From Guillardia theta CCMP2712 (lineage: Eukaryota; Protista; Cryptophyta), in assembly GCF_000315625.1 (NCBI RefSeq), contig NW_005434543.1, positions 55,445-119,444 on the forward strand: a stretch of 64,000 nucleotides of DNA, given 5' to 3'. The translations under genes were made by a program, and so were the position numbers. Shown here piece after piece: positions 50,021 through 58,159 of the stretch. Within the stretch, counting starts at the first letter, position 1, and each line of letters begins with the position of its first letter. The notes beneath the pieces are model-generated. The model had not been told where the DNA came from. It ran no database searches and saw only the letters and a program-made list of their open reading frames with translations.

Positions 50021-50336
50021 ATGATCTCAAGAAAAAGTAACACTTACTTCAAACCCGATGTCAAGGTAAGCATTGATGTGTATGTATGTGAATCTTATAG
50101 CTTACGTTTATGCTCAGATTGACATCAATAAGAAAATGCATGATTTCTTTCACATCTATTACACCAAATCGCGAGGAAACTGGGTATACCAGGATGGTTG
50201 TTTCTTTATTTCTTTGAGTATCATCGGATACTTCATTTCCTATGCTATCACTTTCGAAGCATACTATCCAGAGATGGAGGTGTTAGCTATCGATTATTAC
50301 CACCATGACTTTCTTGGATTGAAGAGGGACTGGTAG
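50021..50336 (+). CDS. small hypothetical protein with one predicted 52-nt GT-AG intron (50066-50117)
   Basis: ATG at 50021 gives 15 codons, then AAG|GTAAGC...TGCTCAG|ATT rejoins the frame of ORF 50073-50336 in phase 0. AATAAA at 50357-50362. Confidence 0.6.
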
Positions 50337-50366
50337 AGTGTTGATTCTTAAGTTTGAATAAAACTT

Positions 50367-51185
50367 TCAAGAGCATTGACTCATGATCAAGACATCGATG
50401 GGTTCAAACGGTCTTCCACCATTCATCACCCTGCCAAAGACACGGATAGAATCTCCATAGGAGCTGCCATTCATGTAAAAGGGCTTTGGGTAGATGATGT
50501 TCTTCTTGTAAAGGCTCTTTGTCGCCTCATTCTTGTAATTCCCCATTGCATTGCGTTCAAAGAACTCCCTTCTTGTCCTTTCAGCGTCATTGTTCTCGTC
50601 TTGATCCAATGGTTGCAGATTGTTGTTATAGATCCTCTTGCCATCCTTTGAAAATCTCGAATGCTCAAAGTCAAAATACCACTGGAGATAATCACCCGTG
50701 TAACAATGGAAATGGCCATTCATGATCGTCGCCATCCCACATACAAGCACAGAAGCTATGTTGTCCCCATGGTTCATTGTGGCCCAGGCGAGGGCATTCG
50801 CAACACCCTGGAACTGGAACTCGGGTATCAACTGCCTTGCAACAGACTTGGCATGATTATATTCAAGCTGCGTCTCGGATGCATATATGTCCATAATCTC
50901 CTGCTTCAGGTCATCTGTGACTTCACCCAAAGTAGTGATAACGGGTGGATAGGCCTGCCGATTCACCTTGTAAGTCATGCGATTGACGGGATTGAAGGGC
51001 TTTGCAACACAAAGAACCAACTCGTCTTTATGCATGCAATACTTGTACTTATCGAGATGGATCCTGTGGATGAATTCTGGGTTACTGAGGATTTTCAATG
51101 CATCCTCCGACACCCTACATGCAATGATATGCTTGGAAGCAGAATCCACCCTGGTCCCAGTGATCTGGCCTACGCTAGCGTTCAT
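50367..51185 (-). CDS. putative capsid triplex/cement-like protein, paralogue A
   Basis: Motif order DELV..VITTLG..FQGVA..G-x-x-T-I-x-NG..GD-x-x-QW..RVFGRV..G-x-P...DVLI. This resembles beta-tulip decoration/triplex proteins. First ATG at 51185. Confidence 0.55.
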   Translation of the reverse strand: MNASVGQITGTRVDSASKHIIACRVSEDALKILSNPEFIHRIHLDKYKYCMHKDELVLCVAKPFNPVNRMTYKVNRQAYPPVITTLGEVTDDLKQEIMDIYASETQLEYNHAKSVARQLIPEFQFQGVANALAWATMNHGDNIASVLVCGMATIMNGHFHCYTGDYLQWYFDFEHSRFSKDGKRIYNNNLQPLDQDENNDAERTRREFFERNAMGNYKNEATKSLYKKNIIYPKPFYMNGSSYGDSIRVFGRVMNGGRPFEPIDVLIMSQCS

Positions 51186-51263
51186 TTTGCGATACAAATA
51201 TAATGCTTCTTAATGGATTTATTAGGAATAACATAAACCCTTAAATACAAGCCTATTGGCACA

Positions 51264-52133
51264 TCATGGAAGGAAGACATTGGTAATCATGATATCGACC
51301 TGTTCCCAAGGGCCTCCACCATTGATAACCTTCCCAATCACTCTCTGAAGGTCACCGGTGGCGATCTCTAAAATATTGCCCTGTGCGTCCTTCCTTGGCA
51401 TCAAGGACTTCATAAAGAAGACGTTATGCTTCCCCTGGTTGTACTGTTTGTAGGTCCCGTACATGTTCCTCCTTGCAACCGATTCCAATTCAGCCTCGCG
51501 CCTCGCGACAGGGTCTGAGTTGCCCAAATATCTCCTCCTTGCAACCCTCTCTACGGTACCGGGCCTGAGATGGGCTGTGTCCGGGTGCCTGTAACCTTCC
51601 ACATCGAACATAACCTCTTCGAAATCAAAGTACCACTGAACTAGATCACCCGTAAAGGCTGGGAAATTTCCATTGATGATCGTGACCATCCCACCGATCA
51701 GGGCGGATGCAAAGGTGTCACCACTCAAGTCCGATGCCCAGCCTGTCCCGACACTGATGCCCTGGAACCTGAGCTGTCTGGGGAATGGATATTGCGTATC
51801 CTCAGCGACAATGTTATCAATCTCGATATTGTTGTAATAATCTAACAACTCCCTCTTATTCTCTTCTGTCACCTCCTGGCCAAGCGTCGTAATCACGTAG
51901 GGATAGCATACCTTCCTTGTCGTATTGTCTGTCCTGACCGAGCAGTTCATGACGATCTCATCTTTCTGCATAGCATAGAGATACTTTTGTTTCAAAATCT
52001 TTTCCATCGGCTCACCCTGCTCCCGGAAAAAGTCTTGATCCACCCTGCATGCCACAATGTGCTTTGCAGATGAATCAATCCTCGTGCCGGTTCTCTGGCC
52101 GATGCTCACGTTGTTGCTAAAGATGCTAGTCAT
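51264..52133 (-). CDS. putative capsid triplex/cement-like protein, paralogue B
   Basis: Collinear similarity to 50367-51185, e.g. GTRIDSSAKHIVACRV, YPYVITTLG, GGMVTIINGNF..TGDLVQWYFDFE, RVIGKVINGG. Confidence 0.55.
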   Translation of the reverse strand: MTSIFSNNVSIGQRTGTRIDSSAKHIVACRVDQDFFREQGEPMEKILKQKYLYAMQKDEIVMNCSVRTDNTTRKVCYPYVITTLGQEVTEENKRELLDYYNNIEIDNIVAEDTQYPFPRQLRFQGISVGTGWASDLSGDTFASALIGGMVTIINGNFPAFTGDLVQWYFDFEEVMFDVEGYRHPDTAHLRPGTVERVARRRYLGNSDPVARREAELESVARRNMYGTYKQYNQGKHNVFFMKSLMPRKDAQGNILEIATGDLQRVIGKVINGGGPWEQVDIMITNVFLP

Positions 52134-52222
52134 GTGTTATAGTCTTATTCCTATTTTATTTTTATAGTAAGAAGGCCCTGTTAGTTTATATACATTCATA
52201 AGTGGTTCCAATGTAATAAAGT

Positions 52223-53188
52223 CTAACACTTCTTTTTATTCTTGCTGTTATAGACTATCGCAGCGTCCTGTAACCTTCTACCCTTACACTTGTTGCATCT
52301 CCCCTTACAGCACGGGCATGCACTCTTCTTGAGATCGATCGCAAACTTGGACGATGCATTGGCGAGTGAAGAGGGTAACTTGTAAATGTTGAGGAGTGTT
52401 GCATTCCCATAAACAACGGTTGTGATGCTTGTCTTTTTGAAGTAATCTTTGTCGATGCCCAAGTTACTGATAATAGAATCCAAAGGATAGATCTTCAAGG
52501 CATCCATAGTGGTGTAACAACCGTAGGGCGCGCAGAAATGGACGTGGAGTTGGTAGACACTTGGAAGATAATGCACATATGCCATGATGTTATGAGCATT
52601 GTGCTGTGTAACACTCTGGATATAATCAATACAGGTCATCTTCATCTTCCTCAACATGGGTATGTGCCTAGCGTCCAGATCTCTCAATGTCCTCAACTTC
52701 CTATCCTTTACAATACACAGCCAATTGTATACACTTCCATTGTTCATGGCGTGGGTATCGGGAAGGAATACAAACTCGTCTGTCTCTATGAGGACGGAGT
52801 CCTTCTCTCTCGTGCCATCCAATATCTCATAGATCCACTTGTTCTTGTTTGAATTTACTTGCGTTTCGATGTAGTCTTGCATTGGAGCCCCAAAAGCGAT
52901 TGAAGGGGTACAGTTCACAACACACCTCTCATGATAGAATACAATATCCTTGAGTGCAATGTCTTCACTCCTAATTTTTGTTGTCTTGACATGTTGAGAT
53001 TCGGATGATGTATCTGATGAACTCTCGGATAAATTCACTGACGAACTTTCAGATGAATTATCGGATGAATCCAGATCGCTTACACTTATGCGACAGTCAC
53101 TTGTGAATTTAAAGTTTTTGAACACATTATTCATGCCCATGTCCTTTGTCTTGAAATCAATTATATCCTTACTATGATGCATGATCAT
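52223..53188 (-). CDS. DcpS-like m7GpppX diphosphatase (scavenger decapping enzyme, HIT family) with a C-terminal Cys cluster
   Basis: WIYEILDG..E, FVFLPD, LRTLRDL...HIPML and YVHYLPSVYQLHVHF match the DcpS C-terminal domain (human HYLPSYYHLHVHF). First ATG at 53188. Confidence 0.85.
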   Translation of the reverse strand: MIMHHSKDIIDFKTKDMGMNNVFKNFKFTSDCRISVSDLDSSDNSSESSSVNLSESSSDTSSESQHVKTTKIRSEDIALKDIVFYHERCVVNCTPSIAFGAPMQDYIETQVNSNKNKWIYEILDGTREKDSVLIETDEFVFLPDTHAMNNGSVYNWLCIVKDRKLRTLRDLDARHIPMLRKMKMTCIDYIQSVTQHNAHNIMAYVHYLPSVYQLHVHFCAPYGCYTTMDALKIYPLDSIISNLGIDKDYFKKTSITTVVYGNATLLNIYKLPSSLANASSKFAIDLKKSACPCCKGRCNKCKGRRLQDAAIVYNSKNKKKC

Positions 53189-53270
53189 GAATTTATTTGA
53201 AATTTCCTTACAGAAGGTTCTAAAAACCAAAGCTCCCTATATACCCGACTACAGGTATCTATATGACTTT

Positions 53271-53921
53271 TCACTGATCACCACTTCTCTCATCATTTTT
53301 TTCTTCATCTCCAGTCCTAACCTCATCACCGTTCTCATCTCGCATGGCCATAGCAAGGAGATCATCGGAATCATCCAACCCAATCTCACGATAATGGAGC
53401 TCGTTGTCATACTTTAGGAGCTTGGACTGGGCAAGGATGAGCTGAGCTCTGTTGACCTGGATCTTGTGGCTAAGGTCCTTTCTCCTAAGCTTCAGAGCAT
53501 CAGTCTCCACCTTCCTAAAGGGTCTCTTGGGCTTCGGTGCCTTCTTTGGCTTTGGATCCTTGGGCTTCTTCTCTTGTGTCTCAGTCTGGGACTCCTTTTT
53601 GGCCTTCTTTGTTTCTCTCTCCTCGGTCGAATCCTCCTTGCTATTTTTTGATTTCTTGTTCGCAGTAGCAGCCCCCTTACTTGAACCCTTCTCTTGCTTC
53701 GCTTTTGCTTTGCTCTTTGCTTCGCTCTTTGCTTCGCTCTTTGCTGCTTCACCCTTCGCTTCACCCTTCGCTTCGCTCTTTGCTCCCCCCTTGTTTTTTG
53801 GCTTCTTCTCTTTCGAGATTTGCTTGGATTTGATTTCCTCCTCGGTCTCTTCAACTTCTTCTTCCTCCTCCTCCACTTCTTCATCCATCCCCTCCATCAA
53901 GTCACGAATACGGTTATCCAT
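53271..53921 (-). CDS. Lys/Glu-rich low-complexity protein with a C-terminal coiled coil; possibly DNA-binding
   Basis: Acidic N-terminus, AKSE/AKGE repeats, KKPKDPKPKKAPKPKRPFRK. First ATG at 53921. Confidence 0.7.
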   Translation of the reverse strand: MDNRIRDLMEGMDEEVEEEEEEVEETEEEIKSKQISKEKKPKNKGGAKSEAKGEAKGEAAKSEAKSEAKSKAKAKQEKGSSKGAATANKKSKNSKEDSTEERETKKAKKESQTETQEKKPKDPKPKKAPKPKRPFRKVETDALKLRRKDLSHKIQVNRAQLILAQSKLLKYDNELHYREIGLDDSDDLLAMAMRDENGDEVRTGDEEKNDERSGDQ

Positions 53922-53967
53922 ACTGTCCTCTTGATTCAAGATAGAGCTTGTTGCTGAAATTCCTGCA

Positions 53968-54963
53968 ATGGAAATCGATCAATGCAAGAAGATGGACATA
54001 ATATGGGACTGCATGGGTTGGATACAAATGAATGTCGAATGGGGTAGGGTGGTACCGATCATATCGTCGTTTGCAGTTGCAGTCCTAGTGAGACTCTCAA
54101 TATATTATGTCGAAAGAATCAAAAAAATGGGTTTAAAAACAGCCTTTCGAACAGGTTTGAACGGATGGTTGTATCCAAAAAAAAAGAACCCTGCCCATGA
54201 TGTCAAAATCAACCCTTATTTTTTAATATTGAAAAAAAGGAGAGAGATGAAATTACCCTTACAGAAGAGCAACTATGTATTTCAGTTCATGGTTGAGATG
54301 GATCGGTTGAAACAAAAAGAACGCATCATGAAGGAACTATACAATATAGATGAAGAGAAGGAAAATAATAAGGATTGCATAATCCAAGATGAGCAATTCT
54401 ACGAATCACAGCTATTGTACGAGAATGGTGCATTCATGTGCACGCCTGCATGCCTCCTCTTCTCTACAGCAGTAGTAGGAATGGATGTGTGTTCATGCCC
54501 ACCGACCAAAAGCCAGATGAACTGCATCATGACATCGGCATCAAAAATCCAATCATTACTTCTGTCCAAGGACGATAGAAATCACATGTTCTCCATCCGT
54601 GACGTCATCAACCACGTCAAGATACCCGATACCTATCAGAGGGTGGAGATCGTGGGATCTATAGCTAGGTTGCCAGAAGACTTCATCACAAACTTCGAGG
54701 ACGACAACGAGCGACGACAATGCATCATGGATCTGCATGGAGCCGTTATGGCACTTAGGAACAACACGGCACTCGTCATAACACTGAAAAGAAACGCGCA
54801 CACAGTGGCACTCTACAGAAAATCGGCAAAGAAACACTATTACTTCGATCCACTCATTGCGACAGTGAAGGATGTTGGTGATTCAAGCATGGCACTGTTT
54901 GAGGTGTTCAAGATCGCCAGGATGGCAGAGGAATTCACTGGCCTTATCATATCAAAAGAATAA
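53968..54963 (+). CDS. papain-like cysteine protease (putative deubiquitinase/deconjugase) with an N-terminal TM segment
   Basis: SQLLYENGAFMCTPAC gives a candidate oxyanion Gln and catalytic Cys. AHTVALYR...YYFDP gives His and Asp. Confidence 0.55.
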   Translation: MEIDQCKKMDIIWDCMGWIQMNVEWGRVVPIISSFAVAVLVRLSIYYVERIKKMGLKTAFRTGLNGWLYPKKKNPAHDVKINPYFLILKKRREMKLPLQKSNYVFQFMVEMDRLKQKERIMKELYNIDEEKENNKDCIIQDEQFYESQLLYENGAFMCTPACLLFSTAVVGMDVCSCPPTKSQMNCIMTSASKIQSLLLSKDDRNHMFSIRDVINHVKIPDTYQRVEIVGSIARLPEDFITNFEDDNERRQCIMDLHGAVMALRNNTALVITLKRNAHTVALYRKSAKKHYYFDPLIATVKDVGDSSMALFEVFKIARMAEEFTGLIISKE

Positions 54964-54981
54964 CAACGATTTATTCACATC

Positions 54982-56391
54982 TTAATAAACAATGAAACAA
55001 TGAGATTTCAAACTCCATACATTCCCAAGCCCAAGATCAAGTTCCTTCTGAAGGTAACTAGAAGCATTGGCATCCCCAACCTTGTGGCTGAAGTTGAACT
55101 TCATATCATACTTTGAGTTGATGCTCCCAATCTCATAATTCCCCCTAGAGATGTTCTTGAACATGTCACCCTCGATACACTTGATCTTCTGTGACATTGT
55201 CTGCAACGCCTTGTCAATGAAACGGTTGGAAAGCTTCCGCTCCTCTTCCGTCATCTCGGTCTCCAACGCCTTCTGATACTCCCTGAGCAACGATGCGCTC
55301 TTGATCCACTTACCCTTCTGCTGAGCGGTGAGCTTCTTCGCAGATTCCGTCATCTTGCTGTCCGGTCTCATCTTCAAGACACCCTTATAGACCTGGGACC
55401 GGATGTGTGTATTGCAAACATCTCCAAGCGCCTCGACCACCTTGGGGGCATGCATCCTGACCAACTCATAACGGAAGCTGCCATGGAGCTTGTGGAACAT
55501 TTCAGTAGGAACGCTCAAAAAGACAGAATAAAGGTTGCTATCGTCTTCCACATCTTTCTTTGATGATGCACCGGCAAGGTTGCCCATATCTACAGAGATC
55601 ACCGCGAGTGAATGGTTGGGCTCGGGGCTGTAAGGCAAATAAAGGTTATCAATCACATAAGTGTCACCCTTCGAGTTCTTTGCGATCATCTTATGCCTTA
55701 CAAGGTCGATCCCCTTCTTCCCAAGCGAACGGCTCCACGACTTGACGTTCTCAATGTGCTGTGACCAATCGAGTTCGGTGCTAGTGCTCATCTTGGCGAT
55801 TGCCTTGGCACTGAGACGGTAGGTTCCATATTGGCTCTTGACATCCCAATCCTTACCCTCACCATTCTTGCTCGTAGCCAATGAATACAGCTTTGTGAAC
55901 ATGGCGCCAGAGATCAAGGTCTCTGGGATCTTGCTCTCGATGTTGACTTCACCCTCGTTTTGAAGGTTGCTGCCCATCTTATTCTTGCCCGACTTTGACC
56001 AATCTTCCTTGATCTTGGAGATATGGTCGATGACGGCGTTCTTGAGCTCGTCGAGAGTGTCAAACAATGAATTGTATGGCGTCATGATCTGCTTCAGGTG
56101 CTGCTTGTCGCATGACAGTGACTTTCCACTTGGTGGTGGAAGGGACACCTTCATCTCATTGGACGAGATCATCTTCAAGGGAGTAAGGTTACCATTGCTA
56201 CCCCCAGAATGCACGGTAGATTTGATCAATGTGTGCAGATCTTTGGCCTCGATGATGTTGAAATCATGACCCGTTCCACTCTCAATTACATGGTTCACAG
56301 TCTCACAGATGGATGAGTTCTCAAAGTTCTTGAAGTTTTTATGGATGCTGTCAGTGGCAAACGTTCCAGATGACTGTAGGATGTAGGACAT
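54982..56391 (-). CDS. hypothetical ~469-aa protein
   Basis: Long intact ORF with first ATG at 56391. Minus-strand AATAAA at 54970-54975. Confidence 0.8.
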   Translation of the reverse strand: MSYILQSSGTFATDSIHKNFKNFENSSICETVNHVIESGTGHDFNIIEAKDLHTLIKSTVHSGGSNGNLTPLKMISSNEMKVSLPPPSGKSLSCDKQHLKQIMTPYNSLFDTLDELKNAVIDHISKIKEDWSKSGKNKMGSNLQNEGEVNIESKIPETLISGAMFTKLYSLATSKNGEGKDWDVKSQYGTYRLSAKAIAKMSTSTELDWSQHIENVKSWSRSLGKKGIDLVRHKMIAKNSKGDTYVIDNLYLPYSPEPNHSLAVISVDMGNLAGASSKKDVEDDSNLYSVFLSVPTEMFHKLHGSFRYELVRMHAPKVVEALGDVCNTHIRSQVYKGVLKMRPDSKMTESAKKLTAQQKGKWIKSASLLREYQKALETEMTEEERKLSNRFIDKALQTMSQKIKCIEGDMFKNISRGNYEIGSINSKYDMKFNFSHKVGDANASSYLQKELDLGLGNVWSLKSHCFIVY

Positions 56392-56492
56392 TCTCTTTCT
56401 ACTATTGTTCGATAATTCTTTCACGCCTAGTGTTTGTATACAAAAAAGGATGTTGGTACAGGGACTGCATGTCAATCATGTTAAATACTTTA

Positions 56493-57239
56493 TTAACTTG
56501 CAAGGCGCATAAGGGTTGCCAGCGAAACGATCATAAATGTAAAGCTTGCAAACGCAAGATAGATTGAGCCCCAATCCTTCTTCAGAGCCAAAACCACAGG
56601 CCTGACAGTCATATCTCTAACCAATGTGTCAGCACTCAATACACTCCCATTGCTTTGCATGATATACTCTTGAACACCATCTCTGATCAGGTTTGTAAGC
56701 CTGAGCATGTCGAACCTATCGGATTCGATCATCAACACAACCTCCAATGCAATCACATCGATCCCAACCGCGCCAGACCCACCTATGTTGTAGCCTTCAA
56801 ACCAAGTTGTGTTGGGGAGTCCATAATCATTCAAGTTGTTGCTACTGAAAACTCCCGTCTGCTGCATCCAGCTCGGCAAATTGTACTGGCTAAGGTTGCT
56901 GTGAAGGTTGACGGCAGGGTTGATTTTCATCCGCATTGCCTTTTCATACAACCCCCTAAGACTCTGAATATAGATCCTCCACTCCTCGGCATGTTGCTGA
57001 TTGTGGAACTCTGTCAACGCAACGACGCGATATTCACGAAATGGCCCAAGGACCTTATGGAACGCACCTTCTAGTCGCTCCGATACCTTGGTATCCAACC
57101 ATTTACCCATACTAGGAATAGTCATGTCCCAATCCTTTGGATAGCGATCATAGACCCCGGCATCTTGCATTGTAAGATTGCGATCTACAAACAGATAAAG
57201 ACTGAGCCCCACCACCATACCAAAATCAAAAGGGATCAT
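56493..57239 (-). CDS. membrane protein with N- and C-terminal hydrophobic segments
   Basis: 248 aa. The TAA stop overlaps AATAAA (56489-56494, minus). Confidence 0.75.
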   Translation of the reverse strand: MIPFDFGMVVGLSLYLFVDRNLTMQDAGVYDRYPKDWDMTIPSMGKWLDTKVSERLEGAFHKVLGPFREYRVVALTEFHNQQHAEEWRIYIQSLRGLYEKAMRMKINPAVNLHSNLSQYNLPSWMQQTGVFSSNNLNDYGLPNTTWFEGYNIGGSGAVGIDVIALEVVLMIESDRFDMLRLTNLIRDGVQEYIMQSNGSVLSADTLVRDMTVRPVVLALKKDWGSIYLAFASFTFMIVSLATLMRLAS

Positions 57240-57539
57240 ACACTTAGAACGTGACCGTTTTTTTAAGGAGCCAAATCTCGAGATTTCGAACCCACGAAAG
57301 CAGACTTTTGTCGGGATATAGAGGAACTTTGTCAGGGCCGGCAGGAACTATCGGGGGGCTACCGGGTATGACTGAGAAAGGTTACACCCGACAATCGTCA
57401 TGGGACACCGGGCGGTACCGATCATGTTGTGGTACTAGAAAGTGATAACTGAAAATATAGCTCAACCATGGGTTTCAGTGGGTGATTATTATTATTAGCT
57501 AACCGACACAAAACATAAAAATTTCAAAAATTCTAAGAT

Positions 57540-58130
57540 TTCGGAATAGTCACGAAGTCACGGATCCGACCGTCGGATCCGTCGGATCGGCCCATGATCG
57601 GATGGCCACGGTCCCCGGGCCCGGCACCGCGGCACCGTCGCCGTGACTGCACCTCAGTGATCCGATGATCAGTGATGCCACCCGGGTTCCGGCAGTTGAA
57701 CGCCGGGCCGGGCGGCCCGACGGGCACTGGGCAAGTTACAGAGTCAGGGACCTGGACTCTTTTTCTTAAACTTACTCAAAGTTAAGTTAAAAATCAGTAC
57801 GAGGACAATCAGGAGAGTCGAGGAGGCTTGACCCTGACACTGTCGCACAGGCCAAACGGCGAGCCTCGGAGAAGAGCTGAGCAAAGACAGCGAGAACCAA
57901 ACCCAATCCTTCCAACTGCTGTCGGGTGACGGTCCCCCAACTGGCAAACTTAACTTACTGAGTGAGGACCCGGTCACACGGTGCTCAAAGCCAGTGCAGG
58001 CCGGGCGCGCCCGCCCAGGCTCGCCCGAACCGTCCCCCGGGCCGGGCGCCCCGGCCGGGCGGCCGCGGGCGACCCGGCGGGGCCCTCCCGGCGCACTGCG
58101 GCACTAGGCTACGGGCGAGTCTCAGTCTGA
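57540..58130. repeat. GC-rich intergenic module (copy 4), right flank of the island, containing the 27-bp motif
   Basis: TTACTCAAAGTTAAGTTAAAAATCAGT at 57772-57798. Confidence 0.6.
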
Positions 58131-58159
58131 GGAGCTTATAAAAAGGGCTTACAGGCTTC

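Larger units (their letters stand above)
39300..57530. mobile_element. putative endogenous viral element from a large nuclear DNA virus (mirusvirus-like); boundaries approximate
   Basis: Abrupt switch to ~19 tightly packed, mostly intronless ORFs on both strands, lower GC and no microsatellites over 18 kb. Gene content is triplex-like pair, TBP-like, DcpS, exonuclease, Cys protease and orphan membrane proteins. Confidence 0.8.

Noticed and set aside
39300-57530. Island as a Polinton/virophage or bacterial contaminant
   Set aside because: No recognisable pPolB, integrase, packaging ATPase, jelly-roll capsid or TIRs. There is no operon structure, and AATAAA signals, DcpS and an intron point to eukaryotic nuclear expression.
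7755-57772. The inverted 27-bp pair as TIRs of one 50-kb transposon
   Set aside because: Similarity does not extend beyond the motif, partial copies occur internally, and the interval holds ordinary host genes.
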